Counted from the first letter of the stretch, positions 19,901 to 29,269 are shown. The stretch is 64,000 nt of DNA from Nitrospinaceae bacterium (GCA_965223665.1 OZ245011.1:2144001-2208000), one strand, 5' to 3'. Program-made: numbers and translations. Notes: generated by a model not told the origin, from the sequence alone.

Positions 19901-20280
19901 TCAAAAACAACTTCTTCCAGAACAGTGGGTGGCCCCACTTGGGCATGCACCTCCCCCTGAGACGGGTTGGACGGAAGATCGCTTTCACCGGTCCCCGGTT
20001 CATTGACATTCAGTCGATTTCCCTGATTACCAAAGTCACCTTTCATTCCTGCATCAAATGGCTCGGTTGAAGACGAGCTATTCGAGCGGCCTAAAGAAGC
20101 CAATTGAACGGGGTCCCCTTCAGAGGGTTCTGTGGAAGGTTCGTTGCCCTCGAATCTCTGTCCAGGATTCGGTGGGTTTAATGGAGATTCTAAAGTATCA
20201 GTATCTTCATCGATGGAGTCCGCTTCTACTGAAACGGAGGATGCCCGTGAAGTGGGTTGTTTTTTAATTTTGATGCCCAT
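16942..20280 (-). CDS. Large ejection/internal-virion-like protein with putative C-terminal BECR-fold (PBECR-like) RNase domain
   Basis: Acidic disordered N-terminus and Gly/Ala-rich hydrophobic helices. C-terminal ~140 aa (IRFQVGDNDFGRIHIE...IAVLELIE...YTVRSSF) resembles phage barnase/colicin-E5-like nuclease domains, recognised by eye. Confidence 0.55.
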   Translation of the reverse strand: MGIKIKKQPTSRASSVSVEADSIDEDTDTLESPLNPPNPGQRFEGNEPSTEPSEGDPVQLASLGRSNSSSSTEPFDAGMKGDFGNQGNRLNVNEPGTGESDLPSNPSQGEVHAQVGPPTVLEEVVFDKQSEDRGLGLGAFYDGAMGLKRSIRNEQPENPFTLVSSSVSPEHAAQIQFLSRKLDIPVEIIKNDFQNAQKEWNHQRTAEVFKDTTVLQKKMTEDFNYFSMDFGRVGKLGVFEKGVIDVGKAMKFVGYFRKRAEIGNYMSQPGRTQEEFDAALNKIKNLERLMGQNKGTGTVFNVAEVFTNIAHKSPELLTGGFTGALAGVELSLILGNFPGLNFLPEEAVTLPAFGLTGFGLGIRGGDAYDTWKTQYGTTIAELVMNGTSMELAKPIAFNVATINAAVEFFGGKIFTKPLSKASKKYISDGIKTFLTSKKGKKLLKAINQTSQGITEEMEKNVLQSFFSELGKEMAVESDPQKPGSLLSPTQRLQQVLDKATDAVYKAFAEGVPQLILKKVMPKSSKGTSKTISPPLPRNSIKNNSPENALIEGTRVSTGNSPLRLPQRTEPNPNQPILTKRMLEDIHEAVKDVPPEGVARARVKQYIGEVVENHPEVFGSQTPKVFINRETFQQALETEGLDLKDLIQNVPDLASQLNSLNPGTDIELSIPDFATHLSQNKTLRENARFNKQDISFEEYVNLLQLPPEKKEIFVKELQSQGKQVTLANGVALGGDFKIRLAGMDNTELRREESLLSQAENIVVGGTKDAAINLLTLVTELGQDLRDLKIGNTTVQEWLDDWGIGGRMPIEMERMEASSNPGVQMARGLFSFALGFLVSRRIFAKGNAVLSKEFFSSGNVIAGIAADLLTVDRDQNLSNLFNEMAPELRNPLTDFLASKIDDSELEKALKNVVEGGAMGEAFELTGKGVKHLVEFIKEVKRSGFVEAVPEWLRSERGSIRMGPKAFVESPDGGIDFGEMKEMYTPSGRKVPAHKIRFQVGDNDFGRIHIEATPNRVEKILRDFPEYKNLTEFVYDITKNYTEALYQKSNGAVIIVKRNGKGKIAVLELIEEKETFYTVRSSFPESGNYIKNKVKKGKMEPLSENPPAGNSEISN

Positions 20281-20343
20281 AATATTTTGATTCCAAATTT
20301 GTATTGATTTAATTATCTCGACGTGGCAAAAAGATTTTTATTT

Positions 20344-20871
20344 TTAACTGGAACCCATCTTTTTGACCAGGTCCATAAAATTGTTATTAGATCCCAATCT
20401 GGCGGCGCTTCCCAACAACGTATTGGCGAAGGCAAAGTCCGGCCGTTCTTGATCTGAACTGAACTGCAATAGTTGCGCATTGGCCCGGGCGTTATACTCG
20501 CTGATCTGATGCTCGAACACGCGGCGCTTGGTGTTGTCGCGAATCGTTCCCACATCGAATTCGCCGATGATACCGGTATCGGACATCAACTCCGCCGGTG
20601 TGCCGAAAGTCATGTCTATTCCCTGCGAGGCCAGTGCCGCTTTTTGGGCTCCCACGGTTTGTTTGATTTTTCGTCGATGGTCAAACTCTGCCTGTTTGCC
20701 GACACGTCGAGTATCTTTAATCCGCTCTTGCGCAATCTGTTGATTGTGTCTGGCGATTTGTGCCTGCATGGCCAGGCTGTCTTTTTTCGCCTGACTGGCG
20801 GCCCGATTGCCAAACGCGTTGCTCAATGCGCTTCCCACTGTCGTTGCAACAATCATTGCCGGGTGACACAT
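20344..20871 (-). CDS. Internal virion (ejection) protein, T7 gp14-like position
   Basis: MCHP start, Ala/Gln-rich helix, G.QKAALASQGID..FGTP motif typical of podophage virion core proteins; strong RBS. Confidence 0.72.
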   Translation of the reverse strand: MCHPAMIVATTVGSALSNAFGNRAASQAKKDSLAMQAQIARHNQQIAQERIKDTRRVGKQAEFDHRRKIKQTVGAQKAALASQGIDMTFGTPAELMSDTGIIGEFDVGTIRDNTKRRVFEHQISEYNARANAQLLQFSSDQERPDFAFANTLLGSAARLGSNNNFMDLVKKMGSS

Positions 20872-20989
20872 ATGATTTACTCCTTTGTTATAAAATCTCT
20901 TTTATTCGCAATTGGCTTTTATCCACCGCGAATTCAACTTTCAAAAAAACGTGGGCCAACCTTGCACAATGCAGGCCAGCCCACTTGTA

Positions 20990-21151
20990 TCAAAACAGCT
21001 TGCGCAAAGGTTTTACTTTATTCACGCTGTCTTTGGATTTTTCAACGGGCTTCATCCATGAACCCAATTGCTTTTCATTCTTGATGGTAAACACGTCGCC
21101 TACTTCGCGAAGCTTCCCGAAGTAGCCGCGTTGCACTGCTTTCACTTTCAT
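20990..21151 (-). CDS. Small phage head-associated protein (53 aa)
   Basis: Not in ORF track. MKVKAVQRGYFGKLREVGDVFTIK...SWMKPV; AAGGAG RBS. Confidence 0.7.
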   Translation of the reverse strand: MKVKAVQRGYFGKLREVGDVFTIKNEKQLGSWMKPVEKSKDSVNKVKPLRKLF

Positions 21152-21200
21152 ACAATCACTCCTTATTATTAATGAGGTTTATGAATGATAAACGCAGTGA

Positions 21201-21590
21201 TTAATAACTGTTCTGGTTACCACCGGTGATACCCGCGGTTACGGTATAGGTCGGACTGGTGCCGCCGAGGGTATAGTTCAAGCGGACGTAGCGTTCATCG
21301 GTACCATGGGGCACATAGTTCATACTCAATCGGTCCCCGGCAACTCCACCCGACACGCTGGTCGATTCCACAACGGTGGCTGAAGAAAATGAATCGTTGT
21401 CATCAACTTCCAAATCTACTTGCAGGGTTGGGGAAGTTCCACCAGCATCCACCGTCAGCTGAATCACAATAGGAATGGGTACACCGACGCCGATATCCCG
21501 GGCTACACCTAAATCCAATACATTTGCAGAGGCACCGCTAACGGTTAACGCCTGGTCCTCTGAAAAGATCGCTTCTTTGTCTAATATCAT
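21201..21590 (-). CDS. Capsid cement/decoration protein (Bbp16-like)
   Basis: MILDK..FS..QA.T....SANVLDLG...RYVRLNYT; directly follows the major capsid gene. Confidence 0.8.
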   Translation of the reverse strand: MILDKEAIFSEDQALTVSGASANVLDLGVARDIGVGVPIPIVIQLTVDAGGTSPTLQVDLEVDDNDSFSSATVVESTSVSGGVAGDRLSMNYVPHGTDERYVRLNYTLGGTSPTYTVTAGITGGNQNSY

Positions 21591-21644
21591 TTTTAAATCT
21601 CCTAATATTTATTTCGTTTTGTTATTTTTTATCACGCGATGGAG

Positions 21645-22652
21645 TTAAACAATTTGCGCTTCAGTGTTAAGAATCGCTTCACACTCGCGAACCGGCATAC
21701 CGCGGTAGGTCATGACTTCGCGTCCGCCAACTTCCATCGGACGCAATCGCGCAAAACTACTGGTGGTCGAAGCGGTTGGAGTAGAGGCAGCATCCAAAGC
21801 TTCCAGCACATCTTTGTTACAATAGATAGCCGCACGGCCGTTAGTGACGGTGCGCTGATATAACGCATAGTAGGCCTGCCGCATGAATTTATAGATGTCG
21901 ACGTTACCCGCCTGCAGTTCAGACACATCAATATTGGCAATGCGCGCGATGTAACGGTAATCACGAACCGACAATCCTAAATCCCAACAGAATTTTTCCC
22001 GGTGCACATCGTACACGGTTCCATCCGGATTAGTTTTAGTCACCTTTCCTTTATCCTCACGATCCAACCCGGCTTTGGTGCCTTTGGGGTAGATGCCATG
22101 ACAGGTGCGTTCGCCCCAAACCACAAACCACACGCTGGTGTTGTCCGATCCGGTTCCACCGGCATCGATGATCTGACCGGAAGTTTCGTTACCGCTGAGC
22201 GCACTGAAGCGAGGGGCAAAGCCCATAAACTTTTCAGGGTCAGTTCCAGTGTCACCATAAAACACGGTGCTGGCCATGGTGTTGTTCATGCCTTCGATAA
22301 ATCCGGAAGATTCATTGAGGCGGAACTGTCCCGGATTTTTTGCCAACTTAACAAGTTTTGAGTCAATCTCACTCCACGCTTCCAGCATTCCGGTGGTATC
22401 TTCCACCTGCTTGTTGGTGGTTTTGGTGGGTTGCACACCCTGGTACAACAACCGCCACACGCCGGCAGGAATACCGGTACGCACGGTGGTTAAATGCTTG
22501 GTGCCGTTGTTGCATTCCATCACAATCATATCTTCCAGGATCGGATTGGTTTGGCTCATCTGTTCGATGATCGCTGCGGTGATGCCGCCCATGCCGTCCT
22601 GTTGTTTATACAAATCCATCAGGGTTAAATAGGTATTTCCTAATGTTGCCAT
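21645..22652 (-). CDS. Major capsid protein (Bbp17-like, HK97 fold)
   Basis: TLMD.YK, NPILEDM..MECNNGT.H.TTVRTGIP, WDLGLSVRDYRYIARIANID, G.PVR..EAILNTE. Confidence 0.92.
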   Translation of the reverse strand: MATLGNTYLTLMDLYKQQDGMGGITAAIIEQMSQTNPILEDMIVMECNNGTKHLTTVRTGIPAGVWRLLYQGVQPTKTTNKQVEDTTGMLEAWSEIDSKLVKLAKNPGQFRLNESSGFIEGMNNTMASTVFYGDTGTDPEKFMGFAPRFSALSGNETSGQIIDAGGTGSDNTSVWFVVWGERTCHGIYPKGTKAGLDREDKGKVTKTNPDGTVYDVHREKFCWDLGLSVRDYRYIARIANIDVSELQAGNVDIYKFMRQAYYALYQRTVTNGRAAIYCNKDVLEALDAASTPTASTTSSFARLRPMEVGGREVMTYRGMPVRECEAILNTEAQIV

Positions 22653-22671
22653 GTTCTTTTTCTCCTATGAA

Positions 22672-22716
22672 CAAAAAAGCCCGGCCCTTGAGCGCGAACG
22701 CATCAAGAACCGGGCA
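22672..22716 (-). terminator. Intrinsic terminator-like hairpin immediately upstream of the capsid RBS
   Basis: Minus strand GCCCGGTTCTTGA-T-GCG-TTCG-CGC-TCAAGGGCCGGGC-TTTTTT. Confidence 0.65.
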
Positions 22717-22754
22717 TCGTGGTTACGGTGGTCCCGTTCAGTTAATGAGTATTC

Positions 22755-22889
22755 CTACTCGGCTAAATTTTCTACCTTTTCAATTTTCACCTTGCGGGAA
22801 ATCGACCCAACGTGAAAATCCACGCGAATGGAACCGGTGAACTTTTTTAACATCAGGTCGCGTATTAACTGAACCAGTTGATGAAACAT
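22755..22889 (-). CDS. Small 44-aa protein (DUF2292/YezD-like pattern)
   Basis: Not in ORF track. MFHQLVQLIRDLMLKKFTGSIRVDFHVGSISRKVKIEKVENLAE; TAATG coupling to the scaffold stop. Confidence 0.6.
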   Translation of the reverse strand: MFHQLVQLIRDLMLKKFTGSIRVDFHVGSISRKVKIEKVENLAE

Positions 22890-23629
22890 TAATAGGTGTT
22901 TCCTTTTTCGTTAGGGTAAAGGATTTCGGCGGGACTTTTCGCCTGGTTGCCCGTGCGGGAACCGGATACATATCCATCCTCGCTGAGACCTTTACCGACA
23001 CGATACAGAAAGCGAATGAACTCCGGATGGTCACCTATGCCTAACTCCTCAGACAGCACTTGCAGTTGAGACCACGGTCGGCCTCTTTCATCCACATAGG
23101 GTTTGCCATGAGGACTCATCAAGGGCTTGCCGTTTTTATCCAAGGCGGGCGGGCTGAACCGGTCCATCGCTTGCTTAGCGACTCCCAGCTTTCCCGATAA
23201 ATTATCGCCGCCGATTTCGCTATCGGCTTTGACGGTATCTATCCACTGAGTTCGCTCCTGTTCAAAAGCATGATCTTCCATTTCCATCAAACGGTCCTGG
23301 ACATTGAAAAAATAATCAACGCCCGCTTGCGTTTGCTGTTGCGTTAAGCCATAACTGTTGGCCAACTCGGAAATTTCATTAAAATGCTCCTGATTCATTT
23401 CCACCCCTTCGGGAATATTAAACGGCTCGTAATAATCGAGCGTTCCTTCTTTTCCATGAAAGTCTTCCTTCTCCCGGGGGGAATTGTCTCCGGCGGGTTG
23501 AGTGTCGCCGGTGTCGTGGCTGCCTCCATCTTCTTTGTACAAGATAGAAGCGGCCGTTTCATCACCTACCGATTGAGTGTTATTTTGTTCGGTCGGATAC
23601 AGTATTTCGGCTGTCATAAAATTCTCCAT
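22889..23629 (-). CDS. Capsid scaffolding protein
   Basis: Position between portal and capsid; LTQQQTQ, W......DSEIGG, GIGDHPEFIRFLYRVGKGLSED, C-terminal SPAEILYP. Confidence 0.8.
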   Translation of the reverse strand: MENFMTAEILYPTEQNNTQSVGDETAASILYKEDGGSHDTGDTQPAGDNSPREKEDFHGKEGTLDYYEPFNIPEGVEMNQEHFNEISELANSYGLTQQQTQAGVDYFFNVQDRLMEMEDHAFEQERTQWIDTVKADSEIGGDNLSGKLGVAKQAMDRFSPPALDKNGKPLMSPHGKPYVDERGRPWSQLQVLSEELGIGDHPEFIRFLYRVGKGLSEDGYVSGSRTGNQAKSPAEILYPNEKGNTY

Positions 23630-23909
23630 ACAATTTAAATAATTCCATCGGATCTACTTCCGAGATTTCATCTTGTATTTTCAAACCGACATTGCGCATG
23701 CCCTCGTTCAGGTACGTGGTGGAATTGCCGGTGAACGTGGTTTTGAACATGTAGCAACTTTCTAAAATTCTTAGAAGGAAGCGCCGGCCCGCAGGCAATT
23801 TCAACAGTTCCTTGATGTCTTCCTGAGCTCGGGCCTTCCGTAGCGCGGATTGTTTTTCTTCTTCCCGCCGCAGTCGTTCCCGTTCTTCCATGTAACTTTT
23901 GTTGGGCAT
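23580..23909 (-). CDS. Bbp19-like phage protein
   Basis: L....P.GRRFL..IL........TF......T..NEG.RNVGL motif directly after the portal gene. Confidence 0.8.
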   Translation of the reverse strand: MPNKSYMEERERLRREEEKQSALRKARAQEDIKELLKLPAGRRFLLRILESCYMFKTTFTGNSTTYLNEGMRNVGLKIQDEISEVDPMELFKLYGEFYDSRNTVSDRTK

Positions 23910-23910
23910 A

Positions 23911-25569
23911 CTAATTTCCGGTTAACATTTGTTTAATATCGGTCAACGCATTGGCACCTCCGGTGTCGGTCTCCGAAAGTGTCTTCGCTGCGTCGGCCGT
24001 TTCCATCATGCCCTGCATCTGCTGCATCATGGCTTGTTGTTGATCTTCTTTCTTACGAATGAGCGCGACTTGTTCATTGGCGACGATCACATGGGAAGGC
24101 ACCCCATACATATCCGCCAATTCGTCGACCAGAACATCAAAATTAACTTTGCCGGTTGCACGTGGAAAAAGCTGACTGATAGAACCCACGGAACCCAGCA
24201 AACGCTCAATCCCGTTGATGCCTACCGACTTCTGCGCCTGGGCCAACATGCCGACGAACTCAACGGTTAGATCCATGCCGGACATTTCCTGCGGAATCGG
24301 TGGGAACAAATCATTCTCCATGGCCAACTCAAAAGCGATGTCTATGAGCGGACCACCGATTTCGTTCTGCCCGCGCTCCAGCACCGGTCCCAGGATCAGC
24401 AACTTCTCGGAATGTTTTTCCTCGATTTCACGAGCCGTGACTTGACGCCGATCCGACAGCGCGATCATTTGAAACAAATCGGTAAAGAAAGTCGTTCGGA
24501 TTCGATCCCGAATATCCTGAATGTCCAGGAGGATAGGATTCAGATCAACGTTCACTTCGAACGCGGTTCGAATCCCACCTGCCGGATGGTTCTGGTCATA
24601 AAAGGTTTTACCACCGGGCAGGACATCGCTCGAATCCTTCAACGAAGAAGGTATCTGCAACGGCGGATCGGTTTTATAATCGATGGCATTGCTTTTCTTC
24701 AACTGGTCGAACTGCAACTGTTGAATACTGCCCAACGCCTGCATGCCGGGACCGTGGCCGTAAATATCCTGACCTCGGGTGACCCATCGGGGAACCAGAC
24801 CGGGAAAATTACGATACCCGCTCTCCCGCAAAAACTTGTCCTTCTCGTTGGTCTTGGCTTCATAGTGCACCGACATGAAGGGCATGTTTTTATTGTCATG
24901 CTTTTTATGATCGCGTTCTCGACGCGGCTCGATGGCATGGATCACCGTCACCCAATCGTCATAGCGACCGTTGTTGTAACGATCCTTGACGCGCTGGCTG
25001 ACGTTTTCCAATCCATATTCCTGAACCAACGCCGCCACCTGCATATCAAACTCGCGGTAGAGCGTATCCACTTCGCCGCGATTATTGTTGGCGATGTAAT
25101 ACTCTCCCACGGTTTGAGGATGGAGGCGGATGACATCTTTAAAGTCGCGTGTCACCACGGCGCTGGCGGTGCCGAACGCACCGCGCTCTTCATACATTCC
25201 ATGAAGAACGCGATACGTATTGGATCCGTTGAATATGGCCATCAAAACGTCGCGAGCCGCATCCATCCATTGACGGATGGGCCCGAACTTTGCACGATCT
25301 TTGTCCGGAGAACCCAGGCGGAACCAATTCTTTGCAGGGCTGGTTTCTCCGGCCATTTCCCCCGCAGCCAACACTCCTAACGCATGACTCGCAGTTTCAT
25401 CGATAATCTCGTTGAAGTCCCGTTTCTTGTTCCGTTCGGTGGTTAAGAACCGACCGCTCACCGGAAGAAGGTGCGAGCTGATACTGCGGTACACACTGTC
25501 GAAGGTCGACCGTTCCGTCTTCATCGATTTCAATCGTCTGTTATGGTACTCTCGTTTTGATTCTGCCAT
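23911..25569 (-). CDS. Portal (head-tail connector) protein, Bbp21/T7 gp8-like
   Basis: 552 aa; TSPAKNWFRL, VPRW.....D.YG.GPGM.ALG, TAREIEEK..EKLLILGPVLER. Confidence 0.93.
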   Translation of the reverse strand: MAESKREYHNRRLKSMKTERSTFDSVYRSISSHLLPVSGRFLTTERNKKRDFNEIIDETASHALGVLAAGEMAGETSPAKNWFRLGSPDKDRAKFGPIRQWMDAARDVLMAIFNGSNTYRVLHGMYEERGAFGTASAVVTRDFKDVIRLHPQTVGEYYIANNNRGEVDTLYREFDMQVAALVQEYGLENVSQRVKDRYNNGRYDDWVTVIHAIEPRRERDHKKHDNKNMPFMSVHYEAKTNEKDKFLRESGYRNFPGLVPRWVTRGQDIYGHGPGMQALGSIQQLQFDQLKKSNAIDYKTDPPLQIPSSLKDSSDVLPGGKTFYDQNHPAGGIRTAFEVNVDLNPILLDIQDIRDRIRTTFFTDLFQMIALSDRRQVTAREIEEKHSEKLLILGPVLERGQNEIGGPLIDIAFELAMENDLFPPIPQEMSGMDLTVEFVGMLAQAQKSVGINGIERLLGSVGSISQLFPRATGKVNFDVLVDELADMYGVPSHVIVANEQVALIRKKEDQQQAMMQQMQGMMETADAAKTLSETDTGGANALTDIKQMLTGN

Positions 25570-25772
25570 TAGGGTGCCAATATACTTTTTCCCGTATTGA
25601 GTGAACTGTCATCAATACCGGAAGTTCCGGTTAATAAAGTGGATCGTTGTCCCTTTCCGACTCTTCCGCGTCGCCTTCTTCGTAACGAAGTGCCCAACTC
25701 ACTGGAGGGAGCCTTGGCCAACTGCGGCGGAGGTGGAGGGGGAGGAGGAGGGGGAGGAGCGCCACCACACAT
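25569..25772 (-). CDS. Small Pro/Arg-rich virion assembly protein (T7 gp7.3-like position)
   Basis: MCGG, poly-Pro, RRRRRGR...STLLTG; immediately upstream of the portal gene. Confidence 0.7.
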   Translation of the reverse strand: MCGGAPPPPPPPPPPPQLAKAPSSELGTSLRRRRRGRVGKGQRSTLLTGTSGIDDSSLNTGKSILAP

Positions 25773-25776
25773 AATG

Positions 25777-26136
25777 TTATCTCCTTGATTTTAAGAGCGA
25801 GGAATCGCTCGGGTTAGTATTGGGATTATCCATCCCGGTAGGACTACTGAGTAACGTGGGCCGAGGCGTTGCCAGAGACCGGGCCCGCGCTTTACGTTTC
25901 TTTAATACGGCTTGCACATCCGGATTCGGAGTTTTATTTTGATTTTGGGTCGCACCGACAATATTTTGAAACGATGAATTATTTCCGATTTGAGGACCTC
26001 TTACCACATCGACAACGCTTTTCACCTGAGAAAACGGGTCCAAAGGCATTCCTGTTGCGCGGCTGACTTCGGAAAGCCCACCCGTGGCGATTCCTGCGCC
26101 CACTCTAAAAATTGTTCCAAACGTGCCACCACACAT
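25777..26136 (-). CDS. Small basic protein related to 25569..25772
   Basis: MCGG start, KKRKARAR...RPTLLSSPTG; AGGAGA RBS. Confidence 0.65.
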   Translation of the reverse strand: MCGGTFGTIFRVGAGIATGGLSEVSRATGMPLDPFSQVKSVVDVVRGPQIGNNSSFQNIVGATQNQNKTPNPDVQAVLKKRKARARSLATPRPTLLSSPTGMDNPNTNPSDSSLLKSRR

Positions 26137-26251
26137 AATTTTTCTCCTATGGTTTAAAAGCGTTATTGCCCCATTCGGTTTAAATTTAAGAGGATAAAAC
26201 TATTTTGAATTTACCGTTGCTTCCCGCCGCCAATTATTATAAAAAGTAGTT

Positions 26252-26731
26252 ATGAGACCGATCTTGATGACATTTGTAGTTGTTGGCTTGCTATTAGGCA
26301 GCGCCTCTTTGGGAAGTGCCGCTGATCAGAATTACATTATCGAGAACTGCGATCGCGAACAACTTTGGGCGGAAATTTTGAAGGATATTCGTTGGCGCGC
26401 CCCGGAAGAAACCAAGTTCATTGAAGAACATATTCAACCAACCAAAAATCGCCCCAAGCTGAGTGAAAAAGATTACCAAGACATCGAGAAAATGGATAAA
26501 GACATTCGCTGGTATGCCTCCGAATGCATTTTGCTAATGAAAGAAATCAATAAATTTTTGGGGGCGATTCATTCTAAAAACCCCAATATGGGTTCGCGGT
26601 TAGCCTTTACAATTGATGGGACCTTAGTTAAATTTGAAATCCCATTTGATAGATCCTTCAATCGACAAAATAACCTTAAACCTTTCTTTGAATTTAAATA
26701 TTACCTTTATATGCCTTTCGGAAAGCTTTAA
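26252..26731 (+). CDS. Secreted two-Cys immunity-like protein, copy 3 (orphan)
   Basis: Paralog family motifs; followed only by a ~25-nt remnant of an SLT gene 3' end. Confidence 0.8.
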   Translation: MRPILMTFVVVGLLLGSASLGSAADQNYIIENCDREQLWAEILKDIRWRAPEETKFIEEHIQPTKNRPKLSEKDYQDIEKMDKDIRWYASECILLMKEINKFLGAIHSKNPNMGSRLAFTIDGTLVKFEIPFDRSFNRQNNLKPFFEFKYYLYMPFGKL

Positions 26732-26808
26732 GATATTCTGCCGGGGATAAGTTATTCAGGCCTGGTTATTTAGTCTTGATTGATATCTGTGTGATATAAA
26801 ATTTGGTT

Positions 26809-27288
26809 ATGAGACCGATCTTAATTTTATTAATAGTTACCGGCTTACTTATGAGTGTGCCACAAACCGGAAACGCTGCCGATCAGAATTACATTATTGA
26901 AAACTGCGACCGGGAATGGCTTTGGGCTGAAATTTTGAAAGACATTCGCTGGCGAGCACCGGAAGAATCTAAGTTTATTGAGGAACATATTAAACCCACC
27001 AAAAATCGCCCAAAGCTTACAGAAAAGGACTTCCGGGATATCGATAAAATGGACAAAGAAATCCGTTGGTATGCCTCCGAATGTATTTTACTGATGAAAG
27101 AAATTAATGAATTTTTGGGGGCTATTCATTCTAAAAATTCCCGAATGGGATCACGATTAGCATTTACAATTGATGGCACTTTAAATAAGTACGATATTCC
27201 TTTTTTCAGGGATTTTAATAGAGAAAACAATCTAAAACCATTTTTCAATTTTAGGTATTATCTTTATAAGCCTTTCGGAAAGCTTTGA
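26809..27288 (+). CDS. Secreted two-Cys immunity-like protein, copy 4
   Basis: Very similar to copies 3, 8 and 12; 38-nt overlap with the SLT pseudogene. Confidence 0.8.
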   Translation: MRPILILLIVTGLLMSVPQTGNAADQNYIIENCDREWLWAEILKDIRWRAPEESKFIEEHIKPTKNRPKLTEKDFRDIDKMDKEIRWYASECILLMKEINEFLGAIHSKNSRMGSRLAFTIDGTLNKYDIPFFRDFNRENNLKPFFNFRYYLYKPFGKL

Positions 27289-28187
27289 GATATTCTGCCG
27301 GGGATAAATCGTTCTTATTTGGTCGTGTATTCATGAATGTAAGCTTTTAAACTTCATTAATTTTATCTCCTGCTCCCTTACCCAGAGTATTTTCGGCTTC
27401 CTCTCTCGCTTTTTCTACATCATTCGCCCCTATTTTGTACTCCAATACCATGAACCCGATCCGATCATCCACATATTTATAACGTTTCCAACCATCAAAA
27501 AATAATGCTTGTCCTGCAATGATATTGGCTTCATTTTTATCGCGAATTTCTTTGGAGGTGAAACCCGTATTTAGATTTTTGGCGATTAAATCTGCTGTTT
27601 TTTTAACTATTTGCATCAATCCGGAAGCTGTGGAATTTGGATTTTTTACTTTTTGCCTGAAACTGGATTCAATTTGAATTAACGATTTTGTGATTCGACT
27701 CGCTTCTTGAATAGGAACCGGATAACTAAATTTCTTATGAGTTTTAGCGGTAATTAAATCCCACCGAATGTTTGACCTCCTTCACCGTACCGAATTTATA
27801 ATTGGGATTAAATTTTCCCTGCTGAACGGGTGGCTGGCTCGGACCTTTCGGTGCATTGACGATGGCCTGCTGCATTGCCCAGTCCATTTGCGGGTTGCCG
27901 GTGGCCAAGGAGTCCGGACTGCCGGGTAGCGGTTTGTTGGGATCCTCGGTGTTGTATAAAATACCGGGATCAATCGATCTCTCCGAGGCTGGTAGACTTT
28001 CCTTAGCCGTGAAGTCTTGACTCAATAAAGTCGGTCTTCGATTTCTTCGTCTTCCTTTTTTAGTGCCAACCCGGCGGTCATCCTTTTTTCCGGAGCCATC
28101 TCCGTAAAGGATTTCCGCCATCTCTTCCCATCTTTCCCGCTCTTGCAGATTGGATCTGCCATATCCGCTTAAATTAATTCTTCCCAT
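27251..28187 (-). pseudogene. Short SLT effector pseudogene (near-identical to 43108..44037)
   Basis: Shared MGRINLS...AEILYG N-terminus; +1 frameshift near 27760 and nonsense codon at 27347; the 3' frame still ends KAYKDNT. Confidence 0.85.
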
Positions 28188-28258
28188 TTATTTCCTCATG
28201 TCAGCGATAATTTTTAGCCAATTCTTTAAGGTCAATTGATGTGATTGAATATTTAGTT

Positions 28259-28510
28259 GTGAGACCGATACTGATGATATTTGTAGTTGCCTATTTAATT
28301 ATGGGTGAGCCGCACATCAGGCACGCTGCCGACCAGAATTATATTATTGAACACTGCGACCGGGATGGGCTTTGGATTGAGATTTAAAAGACATTCGCTG
28401 ATGCGATAATGTTTCTGGCTGACGAAAGAAATCAATAAAATGATCTTGGATATTCATAAAAAGAATACAGGAATATCAATTGTAACCGGTCTTGTTATTA
28501 AAAGGTTCCG
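28259..28510 (+). pseudogene. Degraded immunity-like gene, copy 5
   Basis: GTG RPILMIF...AADQNYIIEHCDRDGLW then stops and a deletion; later KEIN-like and IHKK-like remnants. Confidence 0.7.
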
Positions 28511-28935
28511 GAGCCTAAGGCTGTTATTTTTCGCAGAGGATGCGGTAGAGCCGGCCCCGCCTCAACTCCAGTTGGCCACAAAATCTCATTTTCGAGATTA
28601 TAGGAGATCGATTCTACTGAGCCGAACATAAAGTTTTAGGTTGCCCGAACTATTTAGTTTTTATACCTTATCATTATACCAAGACTTACCCCGTTTGTCT
28701 GATTTTTTTTAAAGTTTAAATTAAATTCGAGGCGGGTTTTAAATTAGAAAACCACCGCTTTTTTTAAAGCCAATGGTGGGAGATAACTCCCTCTAGCGAA
28801 AGAGGCAGCATTCATTCTCGATGGCAGCGTGACGCTGCACTCAAATTTTATTAGCGATGTGTTGTCTTGCAAACTGGATCCTCAGAAACTTTTCATCATT
28901 TGATGCTTCCTCCAGATTATAATTTTGAACGATGG

Positions 28936-29150
28936 CCCATGTATTCCCTCTTTTTTAAAGAGGGTCAGGGTGATTCACCGCCTGGGGTTTTAAGAATAAG
29001 GAAAAATCCCCCCAGCCCGCAGGCCAACGCCTGCCAGTAAAATTCATTTTCGGAAATGTTTTGCCATCAAGATATCTCCAGAAACTTTACGAATATTCCT
29101 GTTGCACCCAATCGCTGGATTGGGAAAGAGGGAACGCATTGATCTTCGTC
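28936..29150. repeat. Inverted pair of REP-like repeats (short reverse + long forward)
   Basis: CCCTCTTT..AAAGAGGG..GTGATTCACC..GGGGTTTT followed by the long form with CCAATCGCTGGATTGG. Confidence 0.75.
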
Positions 29151-29269
29151 CATTATTTTTCTCTAAAGGTCAACTTAACTTACGGAATTGTTCTGTGGAT
29201 TCGGCATTCGCAACCGATCATCGCGAATTAAATTTGCCTCCAATCGCTAGATTGGTATAATCATTAGTT

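Noticed and set aside
24412-25380. 322-aa plus-strand ORF (and 37393..38190)
   Set aside because: These are antisense shadows of the portal and terL genes, with no motifs or RBS.
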